Below are positions 1-10,819 of a DNA stretch of 64,000 bases, piece after piece (within the stretch, counting starts at the first letter, position 1; each line of letters begins with the position of its first letter). The notes under the pieces are model-generated. The model was not told the origin of the DNA. It saw nothing but the letters and a program-made list of their open reading frames with translations, and did no database searches. The DNA is from Mobula birostris (taxonomy: Eukaryota): assembly GCF_030028105.1 (NCBI RefSeq), contig NW_027278555.1, positions 62,001 to 126,000 of the forward strand. The letters run 5' to 3'. The translations under genes and the position numbers were made by a program.

Positions 1-318
1 GAGGGAATACGGTCACCTCGCGGTCAGCAAAACACCGTTACAGCTCAGGGAGATTGTTCAGGGCCCGGGAGAGATCCGTGAGCACGGCTGAGGGAATACG
101 GTCACCTCGCGGTCAGCAAGACACCGTTATAGCTCGGGGAGATTGTTCAGGGTCTGAGAGATCCGCGAGCACGGCTGAGGGAATACAGTCACCTCGCGGT
201 CAGCAAGACACCGTTACAGCTCGGGGAGATTGTTCAGGGTCCGGGAGAGACCCGAGCACGGCTGAGGGAATACGGTCACCTCGCGGTCAGCAAGACACCG
301 TTACAGCTCAGGGAGATC
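1..318. repeat. Tandem repeat, 87-89 bp unit, ~3.6 copies (truncated by window edge), probably derived from a SINE 5' part
   Basis: gagggaatac recurs at 1, 90, 177 and 264; the last copy runs into a V-SINE-like core (gggttcctcccacagtccaaaga). Confidence 0.9.
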
Positions 319-399
319 AATCCCAGTATCTGTACATCCTCTTGATGGAATGTGTGGGATTTCTCTGGGTTCCTCCCACAGTCCAAAGATATAGTTATA

Positions 400-3300
400 G
401 AAGAGGAATTAGGCCCTTTGCCCCATCGATTCTGCTCAGCCATTTCATCATGGCTAATTCAATTTTCCCTCTCAGCCCCAAACTCCCACCTCCTCCCTGT
501 ATCCCTTCATACCCTGACCAATGAAGAATTTATCAGCCTCTGCCTTAAATACACATAAAGATGGCCTCCATGACCGCCTGTGGCAAAAGAATTCCACAGA
601 TTCAGCACCCTCTGGCTAAAGAAATTCCTCCTCATCTCTTCTAAAAGGACATCCATCTGTTCTGAGACTCTCCCACCACAGGAAACCATTTGATAAGTTT
701 CAATTATGTCACCGCTCACTCTTCTGAATTCTAGTGAATTCAGGCCCAGAGCCATCAAACACTCTCCATATGACAAGCCGTTCAATTGTGGAATCATTTA
801 AATCCTCTCCAGTTTCAGCACATCCTTTCAAAGGTAAGGGAACCAAAAACGCTCACAATACTCCATGAGGCCTTACCAGTGCTTTATAAAGTCTCAATAT
901 TACATCCTTGCTTTTATATTCTAGTCCTCCTGAAATGAATTCTAACATTACATTTGCCTTCCTCACCACCGACTCAACCTGCAAAGTAACCTTCAGGGAA
1001 TCCTGCACAAGGACTCCCAAGTCCCTTTGCACCTCAGATTTTTGTATTGTCTCTCCATTTAGAAAATAGTCAACCCTTTCATTTCTTCTACCAAAGTGCA
1101 TGACCAAACACCTCCCAACACTGTATTCCACCTGCCATTTCTTTGCCCATTCTCCTAATCTGTCTCCAATCTTCTGTAGCCTCTTTACTTCCTCAGAACT
1201 ACCTGCCCCTCCACCCATCTTCATATTGTCTGCAAATTTTGCAACAAAGCCATCGATTTCATCAACCAAATCATTGACATATAACATAAAAAGAATCGGC
1301 CCCAACACAGATCACTGTGAAACACTAGTTACCAGCAGCCAAGCAGAAAAGGCTCCCTTTATTCCCACTCTTCTCTCCTGCCAACCAGCTACTGCTTCAT
1401 CTCTGCTGTTACCCTTCCTGTTATACCATGGGCTCGTAGCTTGTTAAAGAGCCTCGTGTGTGGCACCTTGTCCAAGGCCTTCTGAAAATCCAAGTACACA
1501 TCAACCAATTCTCCTTTTTCTATCCTGCTTGTTTCTTCAAAGCATTCCAACATCTTTGTCAGGCAAGATTTTCCTTTGAGGAAACCATGCTGACTACGGC
1601 CTACTTTATCAAGTGCCTCCAAGTACCCCGAGACCTCATCCTTAATAATCAACTCCAAACACTGAGGTCAGATGAACTGGCCTAGTTTCCTTCCTTCTCC
1701 CTCCCTCCTTTTCTGAAGAGTGAAGTGACATTTGCAATTTTCCAGTCTTCCAGAACCATTGCAGAATCGAGTGATTCTTGAAAGATCATTACTAATACTT
1801 CAGCCACCTCTTTCAAAACGCTGGGGTGTACACCATCTGGTCCAGGTGACCTATCTGCATTCAGACCTTTCAGCTTCCTGAGAACCTTCTCTCTAGTAAT
1901 GGTAACTTCATGACCGCTGACACTTGGAACTTCTACCATACTGCTAGTGTCTTCCACAGTGAAGACTGACGCAAAATACTTATTCAGTTTGTCCACCATT
2001 TCCTTGTCCCCCATTACTACCTCTCCAATATCATTTTCCAGCAGTCTGATATCTATTCTCACCTCTCTTTTACACTTCATGTGTCTGAAGAAACGTTTGG
2101 TATCCTCTTTAATATTATTGGCTAGCTTACTTTTGTATTCCATCTTTACCGTCTTATTTACTTTTTTAGTTGTCTTTGTTGGTTTTTAAAAGCTTCCCAG
2201 TCCTCTAACTTCCCACTAATTTTTGCTCTATTATATGCCCTCTCTTTGGCTTTTATTTTGGCTTTGACTTCCCTCGTTAACCATGGTTGTGTCATCTTGC
2301 CTTTAGAATACTTTTTCCTCTTTGGGATGTGTATGTCCTGCGCCTTCCGAATTGCTTCCAGAAACTCCAGCCATTGCTGCTCTGTCGTCGTTCCTACCAG
2401 TGTTCTTTTCCAATCGATTCTGGCCAGCTCCTCTCTCACACCTCTGTAATTCCCTTTACTCCACTGTAATACTGATACATCTGACTTTAGCTTCTCCTTC
2501 TTAAATGTCATGGTGAATTTGATCATATTATGATCACTTTCCCCTAAGGGTTCTTTTACCTTGAGCTCTCTAATCAATTCCAGTTCACTGCACAACACCC
2601 AATCCAGAATGGCTGATCCTCTACTGGGCTCGACCACAAGCTGCTCTAAAAAGCCATCTCGTCAGTACTCTAGAAGTTCACCCTCCTGGAATCCCAATCT
2701 ACCTGCATTTTGAAGTCCCCATGTCTACTGTAACATTACCCTTGTGGCATGCATTTTTTAATCTCCTGCTGTAATTTATAGGCCACATCCTTTCTACTGT
2801 CTGGGTGGTCTTTTTACCCTTGCAGTTCCTTAGCTCTATACACAAAGATTCAACCCTATGTCACCTCTTTTTAATTATTTGATTTCATTTTTTAACCAAA
2901 AGAGCAACGCCACCCCCTCTGCCTTCCTGCCTATCTTTTCAATACAATGTATAACCTTGGACATTAAGCTCCCAGCTACAATCATCTTTCAGCCATGATT
3001 CAGTGATGCCCACAAAATGATACATGCCAATATGTAATTGTGCTACAAGTTCACTGATCTTATTCCATATACTGCACACATTCAAATATAAAACCTACAG
3101 TCCTATATTTTCAATTTTGTCCACCTTTTATATTGTAACTCATCCTGTTGGTTGCAATTTTGCCCTATCAACAGCCTCTCCTCATTACATGTTGCCTCTA
3201 TTTGTAAACCAGCTACCTCATCTTCAGCACTATCATCCATCTACGATACTTCTTGCATTGAGATATTGGCAGCTCAGGACACTGGTCGCACCATGCTCAA

Positions 3301-3685
3301 CCTTTTGATTCCTGATTCTGTCTGTGGCCGTACCAACATCGGCCTCCATAACCTCTCCACTAACTGCTCTGGCACTCTGGTTCCCATTCCCCTGCAGCTC
3401 TAGATTAAATCCACAAATCTTCCCGCTAGGATATTAGTCCCCTTCCAGTTCAGGTGCAAACCGTCCCTTCTGTACAGGTCCCACCTTCCCTGGAAGGGAG
3501 CCCAGTAATCCAAAAATCTGAAGCCCTTCCTCCTACCCCAACTCAATGGCTACATATAAAACCGTGTAATCTTCCTAGTTCATGCCTCACGAGCACGCGG
3601 CACGGGTAGCAATCCTGAGATCACAACCCAGGCAGTCCTGCCCTTGAACTTAGCACCTCACTCCCTGAAGTCTCCGTGCAGAGCC
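400..3685 (-). mobile_element. CR1 LINE, decayed; ORF1 esterase 3' part, ORF2 endonuclease/RT and 3' end
   Basis: Frameshifted ORF2 pieces 2158-2637, 1682-2143, 1389-1658 (YLDFQKALDKVPH), 853-1308 (KFADN), 507-797; 3421-3480 on - reads DLYRRDGLHLNWKGTNILAG (SGNH-esterase-type ORF1 motif). Confidence 0.9.
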
Positions 3686-4269
3686 TACACGTACTGGTTA
3701 GTGGGACATTTGGTAATTGTAAACTGTCCTGTGATTAGATCATGGTTAAATGGGGGTTGCTGGGGAACAGGGTTGGAAAGCCCAAAATTCTCTAAATAAA
3801 AATAAAAATAACCCTTGGGAGGCGATACACCCTCTGGTGCAGAGCTGATACTAAACAACAACACCATTGGCCCCCACTCTCTCCTGCTGCTCCCTCCCCC
3901 TCCCCTGATCGACCTCATCTCCACCCTCCTGTACAACCCCTGTCTCCCATTCACATCCAAAACTCACTGACTAACCTCCCTCTGGAGGAGAGAGAATCTC
4001 AGAGATTCGGTGGGGGTTTAGGAAAGAATCTCCACCTGGAATCACTTTTAGTCGCGAAGGAGGGGCTCTCCCCGACACCCGTTCCCCTCGTCCCCAGCAC
4101 TTACCAGAAAAGAGCGTTGTCCTGCACTCTCTGCCTGTTACAGGTCTTTACTCCTCTGCCATTCCTTACAATGTAAATATTGAAAAACAACTAGGTTCTC
4201 ATCCAACTGATAAGATTGAGTCACTCACAAACAAATGCTCTGTAAACTTTGCTCTTCTTTCTTCAGAAG

Positions 4270-5095
4270 CTACGACACATGCCAGACTACAGTTACACTT
4301 TCAACACTATAGCTCCAAGTAAACCCCTGACCCCCGGGAGTCAGCATTTCCCCTACAACTGGATCCTCGACTTCCTACCAACAGACAGGCTACCAGTAAA
4401 GGTCGGCAGCAACACCTCCCTACGATTACTCGTGTAACAGGCTGTGCCTTCAACCTTGTGCTCTGCTCCCTGTGCACGCATAACTGCGTGACCAGATTGT
4501 GCACTAACTCCATCTACAAGATTGCAGGTGACACCACCGTAGTGAGGTGTATCTCAAATAATGAAGTGTCAGGCCACTGGAAGAAGACAGAGAGCTCAGT
4601 CACATGGTATCACGACGGGGGGAGTATGCAAGCTCCTGTCTACATCAGTGGCACTGAGGTCAAACAGAGTTGAGTCCCTAGATATGAACACCTCCCGTCC
4701 TGGTCACATTAACACCACGGCCAAGAGTGGTCACCAGAGCCTCCACTTCCTGAGGAGGCTAAATAAATTTGGCATGCACCGTGGACCCACGCCAATATTT
4801 TATTCATGCACCGTAGAAAGCACTCTGTGTGGGTGCACCACAGCTTGATAGGGCAACTGCTCAGCCTGTGACCGCAAGAGAATACAGAGAGCTGTGGACA
4901 CAGCTGAGCACTTCACAGAAACCTCATGGGCTTTCTCTACACCTCCTGCTGCCTCAATGAGACAGCCAAGATAATCAGAGACCCCACTCACCCTGAGCAG
5001 TCTCCCTTTTTCCCTCTCCCATCAGGCAAAAGCCTAAAAGCACGTACCACCAGCCTCAAGGACAGCTTCTACCCAGCTGTTATCAGACTATGAAA
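4270..5095 (+). mobile_element. Rex1/Babar-type LINE, 3' fragment, highly decayed
   Basis: Fragments NWILDFL, YKIAGDTTVV and HFLRRLNKFG match the better preserved copy at 14964-16607. Confidence 0.7.
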
Positions 5096-5621
5096 TAGCT
5101 GGGTAGTGAGAGTGTCTGTCCAGGCTCCAGTATCTCTCCGGGGGGGGGATTTGGCGTAGTGGTAATCACCACTGGATCAGTAATCCAGAGACCCAGTTAT
5201 ACGCTGGGGACGTGTGCTTGAATCCCACCATGGCAGATGGTGAATTTAATTCAATAAAAATATCTGATAACTGTGAAACCATGTCGATTGCTGTAAAAAC
5301 GCATCGGGTTCAGTAATGCCCTTTAGTGTCGTTCCTACCTAGTCTGGCCTCTATGTGACTCCAGGCCCACAGCTCTTCAATGCCCTCTGAAATAGCCCAG
5401 CAAACCATTCAGTTCAATCCAATCGCTAAACATAAAATAATAAGGAATAAACCTGGACGGATAACCCGGCATTGGCCTAGGCACTGGAACTGACTACGGC
5501 AAAACCAGCCCTGTTAACCCTGCAAAGTCCTCCTTACTGATCCGACGACTTGTGCCAAAGTTGGGACAGCTGTCTCACAGACTGGTCAAGCAAAAGCCTG
5601 ACATCGTTGTACTGATGGATT

Positions 5622-6087
5622 CGCCATGATGAGGCTAAACTCAGGTTGGAGGAGCAACAGCTCATATACCGTCTAGGTAGTCTCTCGCCCCTTGGTATGA
5701 ATATAGAATTTTCCAACTTCCAGTAATTCCCTCTCCCTATGTCACTCTGCCCCCTCCTCCAGCTGCCTATCACCTCCCTCTACTACCCATTGTGTTTTCC
5801 CCTGTTCCTCCTTCATCTCTCCCGCCTATCACCTCCCCCACCCCTTTATCTTTATCTTTCCCCTTACTGGTTTTTCACCTGGAACCTACCAGCCTTCTCC
5901 TTCCCACCCTCCCCCCAACTTCTTTATAGGGCCTCTGCCCCTTCCCTCTACAGTCCTGACGAAGGGTTCCGGCCCGAAACGTTGACTCACTGTTTCCACG
6001 GATGCTGCCCGACCTGCTGAGTTCCTCCAGCGTGTTGTGAGTGTTGCTTTGACCCCAGCATCTGCAGAGTATTTTGTATTGTATTCT
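5622..6087 (+). mobile_element. Penelope-like element, 3' end (GIY-YIG C-terminus plus pseudo-LTR), inserted in the LINE endonuclease region
   Basis: Encodes RLEEQQLIYRLGSLSPLGMNIEFSNFQ*, then a C-rich tract and a hammerhead core; the host endonuclease frame resumes near 6088 (ESYFAVNILDPTITIPGY). Confidence 0.8.
5952..5987 (+). ncRNA. Minimal type I hammerhead ribozyme (Penelope pLTR)
   Basis: agtc-CTGACGA-a-gggt tccg gccc-GAAA-cg-TT-gact: complete core, stem I agtc/gact, stem II gggt/gccc, near-absent palindromic stem III. Confidence 0.8.
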
Positions 6088-6619
6088 GAATCATACTTTG
6101 CAGTTAACATTCTGGACCCCACCATCACCATTCCTGGGTATGTACTGGCACAGTGGTATACAGCAGAGAGCAAATTGCCCTGGCAACACTCAACATCGAC
6201 TCTGGACTACATGAAGTGTCACGGCCCCAGGTTAAACACGGGCCAGGAAACCTCTTGCTGATTACCACGACCCGTCCTCCCTCAGCTGATGAATCAGTGC
6301 TTCTCCACGCTGAGTAGCACATTGAGGGTGGCTAGGGCACAGAACGTACTCTGGGTGGGGATCTCAATGTCCATCACCAAGAGTGGCTCACTAGTACCAC
6401 CACAGACCGAGCTGATCGGGTCCTACTGGACATGGCTACTAGACTGGGACTACAGCAGGCGGTGAGGGGAAAACACACACGACCTCATTCTCACCAATCC
6501 GCCTGCCGCAGAAGCAGCTGTACATGACAGCATTGGTAGAAGTGACTACCACACAGTATTTGTGGAGACTAAATCATGTCTCCACATTGAACAAACCCTC
6601 CACCGCATTGTGTGTCACT

Positions 6620-7106
6620 CTCTCTCTCTGGCTATCCATCCCATAGGATGATGACGGTTCCTTTCAGTCAGTTAGTGGGGTTTGATATGTGCGTCCTGGA
6701 GTGGCTGTACAGGCCGATCCTTGACGGGCACTGCTTGCCACATACTTGGCAGGTGAGGCCTGGAGGGGCAGCGGGGGCAGAAGCTCTGTTGTGGCGCTTC
6801 CTGTGCCTTTCCTCTGTTGCCTCGTTGAGCTTGTTCTCAGCAGTGTCCACACCTTTTCTGATGGCGTCCCTCCACTGTGAGCCACCTTGAGTCAGATCCT
6901 CCCATGTTGATGGGGCAATGTCAGCTTTCTTGAGGCTCCTGAGCAGAACATCCTTGTACCGTAGTCGCTGGCCTCCTCGTTTTTGGATACCACTGGATAG
7001 TTGGCCGCACAAGATATCCTTGGGCAGTCTTCCGTCAGGCATTCTGACAACATGTCCTGCCCAGCACAGTGGGCTGACATCACCAAGGTTGAAACTGCTG
7101 GCATTC
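6620..7106 (-). mobile_element. RTE-clade LINE, 5'-truncated 3' end
   Basis: ORF 6668-7042 (RLPKDILCGQL, KRGGQRLRYKD, C2H2 CQVC...HSRTH); (GA)n tail; TGTCACT duplicated at 6613-6619 and 7107-7113. Confidence 0.85.
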
Positions 7107-9699
7107 TGTCACTACCACCATGCCACCTGGGATAGACTTCGAACAGCTCCAGTAACCCAAGACTGGGCATCTATGAGGCTGAGGCACTGTGAGCCATCAG
7201 AAGCAGCAGAATTGTACTCAATTACAGTCCATAAACTCACGGTCCGGCATCTTCCCCACGCTAACATTACCAGCAGGCCAGGGGATCAACCCTGGCTCAA
7301 TGAAAAGTGCAGGAGGGCATGTCGAGAACAATACCAGGCAAACCTCAAAATGGGCACCACCCTAATGAAGCCACAGTACAGGACTACCTGCATGCCAAAC
7401 ACCATAAGCAGCAAGTAACAGAGAGAGCTGAGTGGTCCCACAACCAACGGATCAGACCTAAGCTCTGTAGCCCTGCCACGTCCAGCCGTGAATGGTGGTG
7501 GACAATCAAATAGCTCACTGGGGGAGGAGGCTCCACAAATATCCCCATCCTCGATGATAGAGGGGCCCAGCACACCCGTGCAAAGGATAAGGCTGAGGCA
7601 TTTGCAAGCATCTTCAGTCAGAAGTGCCGAGTAGATGATCCAGCTCGGCCTCCTCCAGAAGTCCCCAGCTTCCCTGATGTCAGTACGCAGCCAATCCGAT
7701 TCACTCCACGTGATATCAGGAAACGACTGAAAGCACTGGATACTGCAAAGGCCATGGGTCCAGACAAAATCCCGGAAATAGTCCTGAAGACTTGTGCTCC
7801 AGAACTTGGCACGTCACTGGCCAAGCTGTTCCAGGACAGCTACAACACCAGCATCTACCCCGCAATGTGGGAAGTTGCCCAGGTATGTCCGGTACACAAG
7901 AAACAGGACAAGTCCAGCCAATTACCGTCTTATCAGCCTACTCTCAATCATCAGCAAAGTCATGGAAGGAGTTATCAACAGTGCTATCATGTACTACCTA
8001 CTCGGCAATAACCTGCTTACGGATGCCCAGTGTGGGTTCTGTCAAGGCCACTCAGCTCCTGACCTCATCACCTCCTTGGTCCAAACATGGACCAAAGAGC
8101 TAAATACCAGAGGTGAGGTGAGAGGGATAGCCCTCGACATCAAGGCAGCATTTGACCAAGTATGGCATCAAGGTGCCCTAGCTAAAATGGAGTCAATGGG
8201 AATTAGGGGAAAACCCTCCGCTGGTTGGAATCATACCTGACTCAAAGGAAGATGGTTGTGGTGGCTGGACGTCAATCATCTCACCCTCAGGACATCACTG
8301 CAGGAGTTCCTCAAGGAAGTGTCCGAGAGCCAACCATCTTCAGCTGCTTCATCAATGACCTTCCTACTGTCATGAGGTCAGAAGTGGGGATATTCGCAGA
8401 TGATTGCACAATGATCTGCACCATTTCTGATTCCTCAGATAGTGAAGCAGTTCATACACAAATGCAGCAGGACCTGGTCAATATCCAGGCTTGGCTGACA
8501 AGTGACAAGTAACATTCGAGCCACACAAGTACCAGGCAATGACCATCTCCAACAAGAGAGGCTCTAACCATTGTCCCTTGATATTCAGTGGCATCACCAT
8601 CATTGTATCCCCTACTATCAACATCCTGGGAGTTACCATTGACAGGAAACTGAACTAGCCTAGCCATATAAACACCATGGCTACCACAGCAGGTCAAAGG
8701 CTAGGAATTCTGCGGCGCGTAACTCATATCCTGACTCCCCAAAGCCTGTCCACCATCTACAAGGCTCAGGTCAGGAGTGTAATGGAATACTCGCCACTCG
8801 CCTGGATGAGTGCAGCTCCATCAACACTCAAGAAGCTTGGCACCATCCAGTACAAGGCAGCCCACTTGATTATTACCCCTTCCACAAGCATCTAATCCCA
8901 CCACCATCGATGAACAGTTGCAGCAGTGTGTACTATCTACAAGATGCACTGCAACAACACACCAAAGTAAGGCAGCACCTTCCAGACCCACGACCACTAC
9001 CATCCAGAAGGACAAGAACAGCAGATACCTGGGAACACCACCACTTGGAAATCCCCCTTCAAGTCACTCATCATCCAGACTTGGACGCATATCACCGTTC
9101 CTTCATCATTGCTGGGTCAAAATCATGGAATTCCCTCCCTAACAGCACTGTGGGTGTACCTACACCTCAGAGACTGCAGCGGTTCAAGAAGGCAGCTCAT
9201 CAGCACCTTCTCAAGGGCAACTAGGGATGGGCAATAAATGCTGGCTAAGCTGACAATGCCCACATCCCGTAAATGAACAAATAAAAAAAGTGTGTGTGTG
9301 TCTCTCTCTATCTGCCTGTGTGCATAGATACAGATTTTTCTCACTCCCTCCCCACCCCACATGTTCTTTGATGGCCTCCCACCTGCCAGAGATGTTTGAG
9401 TCGGTGGATAAATTGGGCACTGCGAATTGCCTCCTCAGTGTGTGGGTGAGGGTTGGAATCTGGAGGGTGCAGATGGGATAGTGGGGGTGGGGGGGAGGAA
9501 ATAAGTTTGAGATTGTTCCATAATTCAGCATAAACTAGATAGGTTGAATGGCCTCCATCACAAAAAAATGGGGAAAGATCCTAAAAGCTTATAGAGGTGT
9601 ATACAAGCACAAAGGGCACAGACAGAGCGGATGAATATGGTTTCTCTCCCCAGAGAAAACTAGAACCAAGGGGATTTAAGAGACCAGAATGTGGTGGGT

Positions 9700-10818
9700 C
9701 CTGTTACACCACCATCAAGATCTCTTACCATACCGTCCCATAGTCACACTCTGGAAAGTCTGATCACTGGGTTTCTACCCCGAGTTTAGGCAGAGACTGA
9801 AGACTGCAGCATCAGCAGTGAGGACCAGGGAGGTTTGGACAAGGGAAGCACAGGAGCGCCTACAGGACTGCTTTGAATCGGTAGTCTGGACTGTATTCAG
9901 GGATCCATCTTCGAGTCTGAATAAGTACGCCACAGCTGTCACAGACTTCATTAAAACCAGTGTGGATGAGTGTGTGCTTTCAAAAACATACCGTATATAC
10001 CTGAATCAAAAGCCAGGAGGTTCTTAGCCTGCTGAGGGCTAGATGTGTGGCATTCAAGTCTCGTGACCCAGGACTATACAAGGCGGCCAGGTACAACTTC
10101 CAGAGGGTTATCTCAAGAGCAAAGGAACAATTTCGAATGAGGTTGGAGGAGGAATTGGAGGTACGTCAGCTCTGGCAGGGTTGGCAGGCCATTGCTCCCT
10201 ATAAAGTGAAACTGCAGTAAATCCTTGCAGTGCCCAGTGACCCCTGCCTCGGAGGCCGACGTCAGGCTGCCTTTCAGAAGGGTGAACCCACACAAGGACA
10301 CAGGCCCCAATGGGGTACCTGGTAGGGCTCTGAAAACCTGGGCCAACCAAAGGCGATAGTGTTCAAAGACATTGCGGCAGTCAGTTTCAAATGGGCAACA
10401 ATCATACCAGTGCCCAAGAAGAGCAGCCTTAACGACAATCGCCCAGTAGCACTCACATCTACAGTGATGAAATGCCTTGAGAGGTTGGTCATGGCTAGAA
10501 TCAACTCCTACCTCAGCAAGGACCTGGACCCACTGCAGTTTGCCTTTCGCCGCAATAGGTCTACAGCGAACACGATCTCATTGGCCCTTCACGCAGCCTT
10601 GGATCACCTGGACAATACTAATACTTGTGTCAGGCTGCTGTTTACTGACTACAGCTCAGCGTTTAATACGATCATTCCTACAGTTCAAATAAAAAGCTCC
10701 AACACCTGGGCATCTACCAGTGGACTTCCTCAATGGAAGCACACAGTCTGTTGATCAGAAATAACATCTCAACCTCGCTGGCAGCCAACAGTAGTGCACC
10801 TCATCGCTCTTCTCTCTC
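9700..10818 (+). mobile_element. Rex1/Babar-type LINE fragment
   Basis: ORFs 9818-10027 (LQDCFES) and 10359-10754 (RPVALTSTVMKCLERLV, LDPLQFA, DYSSAFNTI). Confidence 0.85.
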
Positions 10819-10819
10819 T

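Larger units (their letters stand above)
5150..9290 (+). mobile_element. CR1/L2-group LINE with tRNA-like 5' head and a single EN-RT ORF, decayed, interrupted by two insertions
   Basis: A box TGGCGTAGTGG 5152-5162 and B-box-like GCTTGAATCCC 5216-5226; APE start LVPKLGQLSHRLVKQKPDIVV near 5550; RT motifs LDIKAAFDQVWH, GVPQGS and FADDCT (7794-8512); C-terminus ends 9224, followed by tail and A-run. Confidence 0.85.

Noticed and set aside
5150-5235. Functional tRNA gene
   Set aside because: B box is degenerate, there is no clean acceptor stem or T-run terminator, and it is continuous with a retroelement
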